Positions 25,008-38,194 of a stretch of DNA of 64,000 nt are shown one piece after another (position 1 is the first letter of the stretch; each line of letters opens with the position of its first letter). The notes beneath the pieces are model-generated. The model saw only the letters and a program-made list of their open reading frames with translations. It did no database searches and had not been told where the DNA came from. The translations under genes were made by a program, and so were the position numbers. The DNA comes from Octopus vulgaris. Lineage: Eukaryota. The stretch lies in assembly GCA_951406725.2 (NCBI GenBank), contig OX597820.1, positions 82,274,001 through 82,338,000 on the forward strand, read 5' to 3'.

Positions 25008-25675
25008 TATATATATGCTATATATGCTATATATGCTAGATAGATAGTTATATATATGTACACACATACCCTCACACATCTTTACATTTTTACAGACTTC
25101 TATTATAAGACTAAATTTCCTTTTACTAATGAAATCCAAAGAGCTTGGCTATTGCTATTTAACCCTGAATCAGCCTTGATTCGATGGACCTATGATGAAA
25201 GTACCTTTCTTTTCACATGAAATAACAATGCAGTTTGAATAAGAATTGGCTTCAGTTTGTAGTATGTTGCGTGATCTTCTTGACCAGTGGTTCAGGAGGA
25301 GAGGTTTTAAAAGGGGCATCTAAGTGTCCTGTGAATTTTTAAAACTATGATTTACTTCTGTAGAAAATCGATTCTAATGTTTCACTCATGAGTATGATTG
25401 GTAAAATAAGATAAATGATCGTTTCCTATATTTGTTTCTAAATTTTTTGACTTCAAAATAGTTTTACGTAACTTTCCAAACAAAGGCTGTCATAGCTGTA
25501 GGTGCTGGACAGCAAAAATCCGGTGGTTGTTGTGGTATTTGGTGGCAAAGACGAGGGCAAGTAAATTGATTATAGAAGAGAGTATAGCCAACTGAAATGA
25601 TCTGACACAAGAATAATACACGTATTTTGCCGAGTCCAGAGCTTCACTCTGGTAACACTGGAACTTATATCTATA

Positions 25676-25858
25676 TCTTTATTACCCACAAGGGGCTAAA
25701 CATAGAGGGGATAAACAAGGACAGACATAGGTATTAAGTCGATTACATCGATCTCAGTGCGTAACTGGTACTTAATTTATCGACCCCGAAAGGATGAAAG
25801 GTAAAGTCGACCTCAGCGGAACTTGAACTCACAACGTAACGGCAGACGAAATACCGCT
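25676..25858 (-). mobile_element. Deu/Nin-type SINE
   Basis: gtacttaatttatcgaccccgaaaggatgaaaggtaaagtcgacc...ttgaactc. Confidence 0.8.
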
Positions 25859-27157
25859 GTAGAGATGGAACTAAATTATGCTGCTGTGCAAGAGAAAAGA
25901 CCTGTCCAATACAAGGAAGAATACAAATGTATAATGATGGTCAGGATAACGACGATGATGATGATGAACGGCAAATCTCACATCAGCTCAACTTTTTGGG
26001 AAGTGTATTAAACTACCATTAAACATTACCACCTCCACTATCTGTACCATCACCCCAATAACAATTCTATCTTGTAGTATTAAAAGAGAGTGGTGGTGGG
26101 TAGAATTGGTGGGGAAAACATACGTCGTGGTGTTTATAGAAGATATTGGAGGATAGACTTGATAGGGGTGGGAACTACAGTTCTTGAGGTATTTAAGAGG
26201 GTGTTGATGAAGAGAATGGGTAAAGTGGGCAACTACGTATTTACTTATGCATGTTTACGTTTGGAGATGAAATCCCATCGAAATTAACTTAGCAATCAAA
26301 GGACGAGCGGCAAAGTTGGTCTCGGAGGGAATTCCGTGTAAATCTTATTCGACTTTACTCTTCGTTTTTCTGAGCAGACGATTTAATAGGTACCAGTCGA
26401 ATACTGGGGTTTATTTAATTAATTAATCATATCCCCTAATATTTGTGGCCTAGTGCCTATTATGAGAAATTTATATCGTTATTGTGAACAACTACGTAAT
26501 ACCTGATGGTGTTAAAAACGACTCCACCCTGCTTCTCTTCAAACTTACGCTAATCCCATCGCAACCTGCTCTCTTCTCCAAGACGTCTATCAACACTTTA
26601 CTCACTATCTGAACCACCCACAACTCGCTTCTCCCACACACGTTTTATAGTTCCTCTCTCTCTCTCTCTCTTACGGAAAGGTGCCTCCCCTTTATGTGAA
26701 TACTACCGTCCCTACTTCTTCATTAAACTGATCTACATCTATCTGTCTATCTCCGTCTGGCTGTCAGTCTGATATACTAAATTAGTAAGAGAAGTAGGTA
26801 GCGCCATTGTTGTAGTTTAGTAGGAAAGCTAAGACCACTGCTGCCACGACCAACATTACTACCATTCTCTCTTTTAATGTTTACTTACAAGCTCAGTTTT
26901 GTTTCACCGGCAATGCATTCGCTTACAGTCACCTGCACTACATCTGTTTATTAACCAATGTAATAATTTTATTGTTAAATCAAGCACAGACACCCGCAAT
27001 TATACAAGAACAATAAGAGAAAATAATTATACGAACATTAGTGATCCAGTGTTCAGGATTATATTCTGTTCACTGAGAAGTGAGATCGTTGGCAAATTTA
27101 CGTCAACAACAACAATCAAAAGAAGAACAAAAGTAAACATAACCTTTAAATCGAAAC

Positions 27158-27388
27158 ATGCCTCGGTTAGCTGGGACCGAACCTACAGTGGTGGCAACAC
27201 CGCCACATGCCCCGTCACAAAAGAAACTAATTGTTTTAGTTGACATGGATATGGTGTTGTGTGATTTTGAATCATACTTTTTGGAGAAATACCGTGAAAA
27301 GTATCCGACGGAACCTTATGTGCCATTAGAAGAACGTTGTCAGTTCTACATTCGGGAACAGTACGCCACTATACGACAGGATCTTTCG
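27158..27388 (+). CDS. NT5M: 5'(3')-deoxyribonucleotidase (NT5M/NT5C family, HAD) exon 1
   Basis: MPRL...VLVDMDMVLCDFE (HAD motif I DxD)...YPTEPYVPLEER..FY...QY. Donor TCG|gtgagg, phase 0. NT5M versus NT5C cannot be resolved by eye. Confidence 0.92.
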
Positions 27389-27439
27389 GTGAGGATTGAA
27401 CCTATCATAGATTTTATTTTGTACATGTTTCAGTCATTG

Positions 27440-27695
27440 GAATGGGCCATGCTGGGGCACTATCTTAAAAGATTTAGTCTTTTTTTTTTTTCGGGTACAT
27501 AAACATAGCAGCACTGGTTGTCCAGCCGTGGTGGCGACAAACACAAACACTTCAGTTTCTGTCTACCAAATCCACTCACAAGTCTTTGGTCGGTCCGGGG
27601 GTTATAATAGAAGACACTTGCCCAAGGTGCCACGCTGTAGGACCGAACTCAGAACTATGTGGTTGAGAACTAAACTTCTTACCACACAGCCACGC
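27440..27695 (-). mobile_element. CORE-type tRNA SINE
   Basis: gtctaccaaatccactcac...gacacttgcccaaggtgccacg...cttaccacacagccacgc. Confidence 0.8.
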
Positions 27696-27993
27696 TTAAC
27701 TTTTCATGAACATTTTTCTTATATATTTAGGTGATCTGGTTGTATAATAGTACTGTTTACTCTTTCAGGGAGTTCGAATTTTAACCTTCAGTTTGTGTAG
27801 GACCCAAAAGTTGTCAGTTATTTTTGTGGCCCACGCGTAAAATACAGATAGGAGTCTAATGATGGTCGAGTATTAATCAGAAACATATTGTTATAAATGA
27901 ACAATATTTCTTTCAATTGTTTAAAGTTATTAATTTGGAAAACTGTTGGAATGGTATTCTTTTCGTTTTGTTAAAAAAAATATTTATTAGCGA

Positions 27994-28353
27994 AGAGAGG
28001 CAGTATTAATACGGAGAAGTAATATTTATCCTCACATAAACATGGATGTTCTATTAGAACAAACTATATTGTGGAAACGATTATATTGGCTTTCTGGTGC
28101 AAAATGTACTCTTGTTTATATCGCCAGCAGGGAGGTGGCGGGGGGGGGGGACTTATCTTCTCGCTAGCAATATAAACAAGAGTGCATTTTCCACCAAAAA
28201 GCCAATATGAGTTTCTCTCAGGGTATCTATTGCAGTATAGTTTGTTCTATCAGAACACCCACGTTTAAGTGGGTATAAATATTACTTTTTTTCAGTTTGT
28301 GATAGTTACATCAATCATAGGAAGCGACGACACTATTAAAAACACCGCCCTCT
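27994..28353. mobile_element. Foldback MITE-like palindrome
   Basis: 28017-28288 is an imperfect inverted repeat centred on the G-run at ~28145. Outer inverted ends agagaggcagtatt / aacaccgccctct. Confidence 0.75.
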
Positions 28354-30287
28354 ATAATAATTATCACGTGACTATTGGTTTAGGTCACATGACATCGTCA
28401 TAAAACCGCCTGTAACACTGCTGTTATATAACAAGGATATTACATCTCCCTTTATTGCTTCCCTTATGTCATGCTTATGACTTTAAACTGTATCTAGTTG
28501 TGGGGCTCTGGTTGATGAATTTCCAGGGCTTAGAGACCTCAGGTCTCTGCTGACAACAATCAGGGTCCCAGCTAAGGGTTCATTGGCATGTTATAGAAGA
28601 AACTCTAAGCACAAACCCTCACTGCCTTATGAGTACCTTGGAAAAGGAAAAAAGCTAGGGGAGTCAACCTTGACAGCAAATCAAATTGTGGAGTTCCTCA
28701 TATGGTCCGATGCTCTTTTGGACATTCTTCAGACAACTCCAGGGTAGCTGGAGCTCTCCACTCTTTTAAGGCCACTCTAATGTAAAACCTGTAGCTTACT
28801 GGCTACTGCAGCCTTCTTAGACTGCTGGGCCATTGTGATCAAACCTTCAAGTCTAAAGGGCAAGATAGTATTGGGCAGACTGACTCTCACTTTAAAACTA
28901 CGAAAGAGCAGACAGATAGAAGAGCTTTGCAGCTTTGAGAATTGGTTTATTTGCCACTTGATGGCGAGCCGCTCTTCCTCATGATTTTCGGACACAAAGA
29001 AACTGCTATCTTTGTTTGCTTTGTTCAACATAATTAAGAGCCATGTCATTGGTATCAACACCAACCATTTGGTGATGGGATATCTCCAGTCGTTAGTTGT
29101 TGGAAGCTGGCAACATACCAGGTTTATGATCACACCATGGAGGAGCATCAGTAGCAAGAGACATTATTAAAAGGGCTTTTATCTAAAGTTCCCTCAATAG
29201 TGAAGAGCTTTGCTTTCTTCCAGTATGGGCAGGCAATCAACTAGTAACTGAGTAGAAATCTCAATAAACAGGCATCCCAAATTGTTTAGTAAAAGCTTTA
29301 ATTCCCATTTTCAGATTCTTTATCAGTCTTTCAAACTGACCACTAGATACTTGATGGTATGGTGGCTTCCTAAAGAGTTTGCAACCCAAAATTCTTAAGC
29401 TATTCCTAGAATATCTCATTACAAAACTGCAACATTATTGGCAGTCAATGTATGTGGAATCTCATTCCTGGTGAAAATAGTTCTCATAACATTGATTACT
29501 GTTTTAGCAGACTGATCATTAACTCTTATGGCTTCAACCAGAAAATGTAATAATTAGTATGAGTAACTCACCAACTTTGAGAACATATCCCTGATCCATA
29601 TGTACATATGACCATGGCTTTTCTTCAATTGGCCAACTATTCTCAGTAACTTTATAGGTTAATCTGACTCCATTGATCATAATTATTGGTGCCATTACAA
29701 TATTCTGGTCACCATACTCCTATTCACTGACTATCTCTTGTAGCTATAGTTCCACCATGGATGTTATCATGTATAGCTTTTATGAAAATTTGTTGCAATA
29801 CTACAGGAACAATGATGTTTCCATACAAAAAATGTCATTAATTATTAACAATGAGTTTTTGTCTAATTGCTTTATAAAGTCTTTCACTTAGTAATTATTT
29901 CTTGTATTCATTTTGATTCAATTAACAATTTTAGACATACCTACATTATTTTTTTTGTTTCAGCTTTTATTTTCTGCACATCTGTTTCCATCAAATGAGT
30001 ATATGATGTCTTCATTTCATTTTCATTTGTCTTTATTGATTCCTTGAATTTCATTCAGACAGAACATCCATGTACAGCATTATATTGCCTTTTACACAAA
30101 ATTTCAGTCAAAAGCAGCCAACTGGATTGTCCAACATTATTTTGTAGCACTTCTTTTCTGAGACTAATGAATATTAACTCTTATAGTTAGTTCTCAAGAA
30201 AACCTGTTGTCCTAATAAAAAGTTTTGGGCTCTTTTTACTGTATAAACAATCACCAAAGCCTCTCTTTCAATATTAGGGTAGTTAAA

Positions 30288-30503
30288 GGCAGTGAGCTGG
30301 CAGAATTGTTAGCATGCTGGACAAAATGCTTAGTGACACATTGTTCATCTTTACATTCTGAGTTCAAACTCCAACAAAGTCAACTTTGCTTTTCATCCTA
30401 TCAGGGTCAATAAAATAAGTACCAGTTGAACACTAGAGTTGGTGCAATTGACTTACCCAACCCCCAAAATTGCTAGTCTTGTGCCAAAATTTGAAATCAG
30501 TAT
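30288..30503 (+). mobile_element. Deu/Nin-type SINE
   Basis: ggcagtgagctggcagaa...gagttcaaac...ctttgcttttcatcc...aagtaccag. Confidence 0.8.
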
Positions 30504-30987
30504 TGGAGTAGTTACTTTCAACTTAAGATAGACATCACAATAAGTATAGGACTGCAAACCTCTCTTGAGACAGTACATCAGTAGTGATTATGATCTCTTT
30601 TGTTGTGTCAAATATCTGTACACTGCAATGAACTAAATATCTTTTTCAGACAGATCAGAATGCTTCTTCTCCATAAGAATATGGAGTTCTTTTCCATAGG
30701 TTTAAAAATCTACTTATTTTTTTAGAAATAGCTTGAATAAATTGACTATAAAAATTAGTCAATCTCAAAATGACTAATTCTTTCCTGCTCTCTGGGATTT
30801 TTAGGTCTTATATCCACTAATATCATCTTGTTGAATATCATGTTTGGAGATCTTATAACCTAGGAGTTCTAATAGCCATACCCTGGCTGGTGGGTTTTTG
30901 TAAATGTGATCTTGATAAACTGTTATACGTGTGACATCTAATACCTTTACCATAACATAATATGACATTTGCTGTTTATATACTATA

Positions 30988-31560
30988 TTAGTGCAACCTG
31001 TGCCAGGAGAAATGATGGCATGAAAATGATACGGAAAATAAAATTAAAATAAAAACATTACAATCTTTATCCCAGTAACTGCTTCAACACCATGTTTCTA
31101 GTGAAAATCCTACCAGCAACGAGTTTGCCTTCTTTTGGATGGTCGTTTACCAACATTTTAATATTATTACAACTTCTACTTCTACTCAATGCAGCATAAA
31201 GTTGTCCATGGTGGAATACTGGTGATGGTAGGGTGATACCAACATTATTGAAGCTCTGCTCTTGTGATTTGTTTATGATCATTGCAAATGCTGGGATAAC
31301 AGGAAACTGTCGTCTACTCTTACTAAAGGAAAAGGTTGCCTCAATAGGCCGGAGGCATTGAATAAAGGCCTCCTCTCCTTTCTTACTTCCACTAAGTATT
31401 TTTTGGGCTCGTCTCTCTTATCTCACTTCTTGTGATTGATTTAATAACCTTAATGTATTGTTTAATCTTCTTGCATCCTGTTCTTCCTGAGTGAGATTGG
31501 CTGTCTTTTGCCTTTGTCTCTCTCAGGCTAATCGTTATCTTCTGTCTGTTTCATTCTCCA
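30988..31560 (-). mobile_element. Helitron 3' fragment (helicase C-terminus)
   Basis: RRQFPVIPAFAMIINKSQEQS...PVFHHGQLYAALSR...TRNMV (Pif1 motifs V/VI). Hairpin cctg-gca-cagg, then CTAA|T at 30988. Right boundary uncertain. Confidence 0.85.
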
Positions 31561-31758
31561 TAGCAGGAGGATGAGTATATTTAATACAATGGAACACAGA
31601 CTTCAAAACAAATAAGTATATTTGTGTGTGTGTGTGTACGTGTATATACGTTAGTTTGTTTACATTTCTGTACATAACCATACAAAGTCCAAAATTATAC
31701 AGGATTACATTAATAGCTTACACACAGAGACTTAAAATTTTTTCCACAAACGTTTATG

Positions 31759-31802
<44 letters not shown>

Positions 31803-33063
31803 ACTGGCTGAAATGGAAAAAGATCTTGACAAAATTCTTCATTCATAAATATTTACAAACATCACTGTATTGGTAAATATTTGTAAATATTTATAATTAC
31901 CTTCCTTTATATTTAGCTTTCTTTAAACATACAATATTATCAAGCTTTCTTTCAATAGATAATATTTTAATTTTATGGCTTAAAAATTACTACTTATTTA
32001 CTTATATTCTATTAAGTTTGTAACTTTTTAAAGAGAAAAATCTTCCAGAACAGTCAAACATCCATAGAGATGCAGAAAAGATAATTTTTAGGTGCAAAAT
32101 TCTCATTTACTTATCTTATATACTGTTATTAATGTTTACCAGGAAAAAAAAATCAGCATTCATTGAATAAAAATAAAAATGTTGTTGAGAAAGAGAAAGA
32201 GAGAGAGGCAGCGTTCATCAATAAAGTGAAAAAGTTTTTGTTGAGAGAGTGAGAGAGCAAGAGGTGCTGTTTGATACCACTTCCTCTTTCATTGTTATTA
32301 CCATTTTGTCTTGTCCCTCTTTTTACTCTTACTTAACTTTGCCATTCCCTCATTGCATGATTTTGGACAAACTTACAAACAAGCTCATTAATATAATAGA
32401 TGGCAGATGTATCCAATGCAATAATCTAAAAGCAGTATTTATTGTGGCTATTTCCTGAGTTTCATCAGAAATTCAGATTTGATGGTAGGCTCCTATCAAA
32501 TCAATCTCTGTGAGCTTGTGTTATGCTATCTCAATATTTGGTGCTGGATAAAAACCAGAACATATGCTTATATTCACTTCTATCTTGTAGTTTGTACAAA
32601 TATGTAAACCACTATAGAACTTGGGCATCATAACCTTCTGATTCAACTTAATTCATTACAACGTTGTTTAGTATTTGTGTCTCAGTTCATAATCTGCTGG
32701 TTTAGTGTTACAAACATCAATCTTTCATAGGATTCTTGCATAGGGACTTTTCTGTCAACAGTGCAAGTCTCAGTTCCAATATCTTTCAGTTTCTTAGGTA
32801 CCATTTAGGGTGTTGTGCAAGTATACTAGTTACTTTTAGAATACTTGTTTTAGTCTTTTCAGTTCACTGGGTTGTTCCTGATATTTCTCAATTTTTTCAA
32901 TTTGTTTGGTGTTGAATCTTTTATTATAGGAATTGCACAGTCTGTGTGTCCTCTGTTATTACAAATGAGATTCTTGCTTTTTGTCCTTTATAGTCATATC
33001 TGTCTTCTTGTTTTACTATTATTCCTTTTATATTGGCTAGATAACAAATATATATCTAAGTAT

Positions 33064-34805
33064 AATCCTTCCATCCTGCCCTCCGCTTCACCTGCACTAT
33101 CTCCAACACCTCTGTCTCCTTCCTCAACATTTCGGTCAGCATTCATCACTTCACTCTTACCACCTCCATTCACTACAAACACACAGACTCACACTCATAC
33201 CTAAACTTCTCTTCTTCCCACCCCAAACACACCAAGCTTTCCATCCCCTATTCCCAATTCCTCCGTCTACGTAGGCTCTGTAGTGACAACCATGACTTTG
33301 AGACTCAGTCTCAACTCGTGGCTCACCACTTCATCCTACATGGATACCCCCTCACCACTATCCACACCGCCCTTGCCAGAGCACGTTCCGTAGACCGTGC
33401 ATCTGCTCTCTCCCCCCGAACACGCCCTGCAGTCTCCCGCCTCCCTTTTCCCCTCACTTACAACCCCACCACCCTACCTCTCCAACGCACCATTCTTCGA
33501 GCTTTCCGGCATCTCCAGTCCGACCCGTCCACTTCACACCTTTTCCCTAACTGACCCCTCCCCTCCTTCAAACGAGCTCATAACCTACGAGACCTCTTGG
33601 TCCACAGCTTCTTCCCTGACCCTACCTCCCAACCTGGCTTGTTCTCCTGCTCCCACCCACGTTGCCGCACTTGCCCTTACCTCTCCAACACCACTCTCCT
33701 CACCGGCATCCATCATTGACCCTATCGCATCATCGACTCCTTCACCTGCACCTCCAGCAATATCATCTATTGCATCTCTTGCTCTCTGTGCCATTCCCTG
33801 TACATCGGACAAACGGGACGCTGCTTGGCTGACCGGTTCGCGGAACACCTCCGAGACATCCACCTCGCCAATGACACTCCGGTCTCACACCATTTCCGCT
33901 CCACTGGTCACTCTTTGCAACACCTGTCTGTGTTCGGATTGTCCTTGCACAGAGGCCATCTGGATTCCCGCTTGCGCCGTGAACAGGGATTAATCTTCTC
34001 TCTTCGCTCTTTTATGCCATTTGGGCTCAACTCTCCCCACCACCTTTTTTTTTTCATCTAACCTCCCCCCCGACGCCTACTTCTCTTCAGTCCTTCATCT
34101 TTTCACCCCTACTCTCTTTCCCTCTTCTTCTGTCTTCTTCCCGCTTCCCCTTCTTTCTTTCTCTCTGCTCCCTCACTCCCCTTCTCTCCCCTCTCCCTCC
34201 CCCTACCCCCTCCTCACCCCAACTGGGCTTTCCCCACTCTCTCCCCTACCTCCCCACAACATCACACCACACTACACTACACCATACAACATTACACATC
34301 ACATCACAACACACCACCCACAGCACACCACCCACACACCCATCCCCACATCTTTACACCTACACATACATACACATATCACATCACAACACACCACTCT
34401 CATACCCATTCCCACGTCTCCACACCCACACATACATACACACGCCCAGACCACCAGCCCTCTTTCACATGCACATACATACTCTCTTATACACACACGC
34501 ACCTTTGTGTTGGGGGCACCTTCGTTTTGGAAGTCACTTGACCCTGTTATCTCCCCTAATGTCCCTCTAGCGTCTGACCTCTGACTGAAGTCAGAACGCC
34601 ATGATAGATCTCTAGCTCCTACACTCATTTTTTTTCTCTCCTTGCTTCTCTCCTTGTTTTTTTTCTGTGTATCTTTCTGTCAAAGAGCGTAGGCTCGAAA
34701 AGACTTGTTCTATTTCTATTCCTGAGCGCCATACTAATACATTTGTTTGTTTGTACTCCACCTGCCTTCGTCTTTTGTTTATTTTCGTAAACCTTCCCAT
34801 TATAT
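33064..34805 (+). mobile_element. 5'-truncated Penelope-like element, Neptune-type (RT thumb, Zn linker, GIY-YIG, 3' UTR/pLTR)
   Basis: A single frame 33066-34061 with two TGA stops: SFLN...YKHTD..YL..SSHP..SIPYSQFLRLRRLCS; CSHPRCRTC; IIYCISC..C..YIGQT..RFAEH; PFGLN. Damaged hammerhead at 34672-34703. Confidence 0.92.
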
Positions 34806-34844
34806 ATCCAAGTATACATCTATTGTTTGCATGTATGTAGGCAT

Positions 34845-37526
34845 TAGGATTATGACTTTGATGTTTTTGGAAGTAAACAATTTCCTGTATCAGAATTCAA
34901 TGAACAATTTCATATAAGTAGGAAAATAACCTTTATTTTAAGATTTCTTAAAGAAAACATCACCCCCAACTGAAGAAATCTAACACCCCTTTTGACCCAA
35001 ATCATGCAAAATTCTAGTAAGGGGGTTCATAATGCCTACTCAAAGTTTTACCAAACTTGGTATGCTGACTTAATGCAATGCAGAACAGTACATCTCAAAT
35101 TTTGGCTTTCAAGTTTAAGTAATTTAGAAGTTATAGTTTTTAATTTATTACCACTTAAGCCCTACTTTAGGAAATATCCTATTCCTCTCCTTTTTATTTC
35201 TGTGACACTAAATACTCTGACTATATTAACGTTTTATTCAGAATAGTAGGTTTATCCAACTAGTGTATCTAAAATAATGTCTCATAAGAAAAGTGCTTGT
35301 GTTACTCAAAGAAACAAGATAATCTGGATGAAGAATCTTGTGCAATTTCAAGACTCACATAGGAAAAGAAGACCTGTTCCTCTAGAAGAGCATTCTTTGG
35401 GAAACAACTGCAGGATACCAATGAAACTTCAAATTATCAGTTGCTGCCTGTTCTTTGGAGGTACAAGAAAAGGAAGGAAAGAAAGAACAAAGGAAATTTC
35501 AAAAGAAGTAAATCTTTTATGGCAAAAGAAATTAAATTTCCCATATTTATCAATTCAAAATGTACAAGTAAAAGTAGAAAAAGTGCTGAATGCCTATGTT
35601 AAATGTGTAAAACGAAAATATGATTCATTGAAAGGAATTTTTGACATCCCAAAGGAAAACAGTGAATGGCTGTGCAGTGAAGACAGAAGGTTATATTATC
35701 TTCAAATTGAAAGCAAGTGACAGGTTCAGTATGCAACTGGAAAGGCAGCAAGTTCCAAAAATAAACATCCATCCAAAAGAAGAAAAGTGTCCTTAATGCC
35801 AACTTCAACCAGAGCAACTCCAGAGTCATCGTGAACGTCTGAAGCAGAGACTGAAAGTGAATATCAAGAGTCTGAAAAATCAGATGAAGAATCCACACAA
35901 ACAAGGAGAAAGTATAGTGAAACTAGAACTGCAACCAAGTTAGTAATATCTTCCAAGCTATCAACCCAAAAAGCAGCAACAGTTTGTCGACAATTATCTC
36001 AAGATGGAATCATGTCGAGACTCCTGCCCAATCTGGTATTTATAGATTGACTATCGAAGAAGCTGTTAAACTAAAAAAGAAAATGAAGAAAATACTACGT
36101 TTAGAAAACTGGTCATTGCTTTTTCATGGTGAACATGTTGATGACCAAGAATACCAAGGGCTAGTTTTTAAAGAATGAACAGAAAGAAGTTAAGTTAGAA
36201 GCACTCCAATTACCAAAGGGAAAAGTCAATACTGTTATGAAAAGAATAACAAATGTTTTAGATGAATACAATTTATGGAACTGTGTAAAGATGATTGTTG
36301 CTGATACAACGAGTGTTAACATTGGGAAAAGAAATGACATTGTCATTCAGTTGCATAGGCTGTTTGCTCAAAAGGGTTTGAAAGAACTGCAATTTATTGG
36401 TTATCAGCATCATATCCTTGTTAGAGTTCTTCATGTTGTAATGGATAACAAACTTGGAGAAAACAGGTCATCTCCCAATATTGAATATGCATTCATCCCA
36501 GAGCTTCTAAGTAATTATGAGAAACTCCAGGCTAATTTCAACAATGGTGAAGAAAAAAAGATTACTGAATCAGCAGGGTGGCAAGATGGCATGAAATTTC
36601 TATTTCATTTGACCAGTGTTTTTTTGTTTCTTTGAAGAAACCGGAAAATTTCTTACTGTAAAAGTTAAAAAAAATATCTAACTTAAGTAATGCAAGAAGG
36701 AATTCTTGAGCAATCTTAGCTCTTTTGGCATTTATTCTTCTACCAGAGAAAAAAAAGTTTTACTTCTCAATGTTTGTTGATTCAGCTCACAGCTGGGCAG
36801 ATTTTTGGTTCACTGACCAAAAGTTCAATGTACATGGTTATCAGAAATTATGTGGTAGCCTGCAAGTTCATAAAAAAGCATTGAACTTTAAAAAAAATTT
36901 TGAAGTCGAAAACTATCAAAACTGAAAATTCCCAGAACAAATCAGAGTACAGAACGAGCAGTCAAGTGCCTTCATGATCTTTATGATGTTTGTAAAAAGA
37001 AGGAGAAACTTCAGCTTTGATTTATTTAATCTAACAAAACATATTAATTCTTTGTTATGTTTAAAAATTTGCTAACATTCAGCACCCTTTTTCTTATACA
37101 GTTATTTAAAATTGGAATTAAACCCATAAAGTTATAAATATGTATTGTTTTTTAATTTTGTATGTTATCAAATGCTTATGGTGGCCTCTGTCTTAAGATA
37201 GCCTAGTTTTGAACCATTGCATAGAGCAATTTCAATTCAGTAATCTTAAAAATGTATATATACCCTTTTATTCCACAGCCCTCTTGCGTTTACTATTTCT
37301 GCATTGCTTTGAGTCAGCACACCAAGTTTTGTAAAAACTTGAGCAGGCGTTATGAACCTCACCTAGAATTTTGCATGATTTGGGTCGAAAGTGGTGATCA
37401 GTTTCTTAGTTGGGGGTGATGTTTTTTTTAAATAAACCAATATAAATCTTAGTTTCCTGATTTTTATCAAATTATTCATTGAATTACAGTATAGGGTTAT
37501 AAGGTTGTGAAAAAGTCATAACCCTA
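34845..37526 (+). mobile_element. Near full-length decayed hAT (hATm-like) DNA transposon
   Basis: Termini TAGGATTATGACTTT / AAAGTCATAACCCTA, ~240-bp imperfect subterminal inverted arms, degenerate 8-bp TSD (gtaggcat/aaatgcat). Fragmented transposase with DTTSVNIG, YQHH (CxHH-like) and TNQSTERAVK. Confidence 0.8.
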
Positions 37527-37603
37527 AAATGCATATATATATATATATGTGTGTATATATATGTGTGTGTATATATATGTATGTGTGTATATATATATGT
37601 GTG

Positions 37604-37634
<31 letters not shown>

Positions 37635-37667
37635 GTATGAGTGTATATAGGTATATTACCTATAGAT

Positions 37668-38020
37668 GCAGGCATTGCTGTGGTAAGAAGCTTGCTTCCC
37701 AACCACATGGTTCTGGGCTCAGTCCCACTGCAGGTCTTCTACTGTAGCCTCAGGCTTACCAAAGCCTTGTGAGCGGATTTGGTAGACGGAAACTCAAAGA
37801 AGCCTGTCATATATATATATGTGTGTGTGTGTGTATTTGTTCCCCAACCGGTGCTGGTGTGTTTATGTCGCAGTAACTTAGTGGTTTAGCAATAGAGACT
37901 GATGGAATAAGTACTAGGCTTAAAAGGAAATAAGTCCTGGGGTTGATTTGTGTGACTAAAATCCTTCAAAGCGGTGCTCCAGCATGGTTGTAATTAAATG
38001 AATGAAACAAAGAAAAGAAT
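37668..38020 (+). mobile_element. CORE-type tRNA SINE
   Basis: gcaggcattgctgtggtaagaagcttgcttcccaaccacatgg...aataagtactagg...ccagcatgg. Confidence 0.8.
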
Positions 38021-38156
38021 AAAGAAATAATATACTCGAGCAGACAATGGATCTTGATGCAGTCTTTGGACACATTGGCTCTTGTCAAACCATCCAACCC
38101 ATGCCAGCATGGAACATGGCTGTTAAATGATGATGATGATGATGCTGAATCACACG

Positions 38157-38189
<33 letters not shown>

Positions 38190-38194
<5 letters not shown>

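Noticed and set aside
33552-33719. Two in-frame TGA codons (33552, 33717) in an otherwise open PLE frame, suggesting selenocysteine or readthrough
   Set aside because: Neither sits at a Cys-motif position, both are explained by CGA>TGA CpG decay, and I see no SECIS. The copy is also 5'-truncated.
33397-34584. Pro/Ser/Thr-rich ORFs of 198 and 187 aa
   Set aside because: Alternative frames and the C-rich 3' UTR of the Neptune-type PLE.
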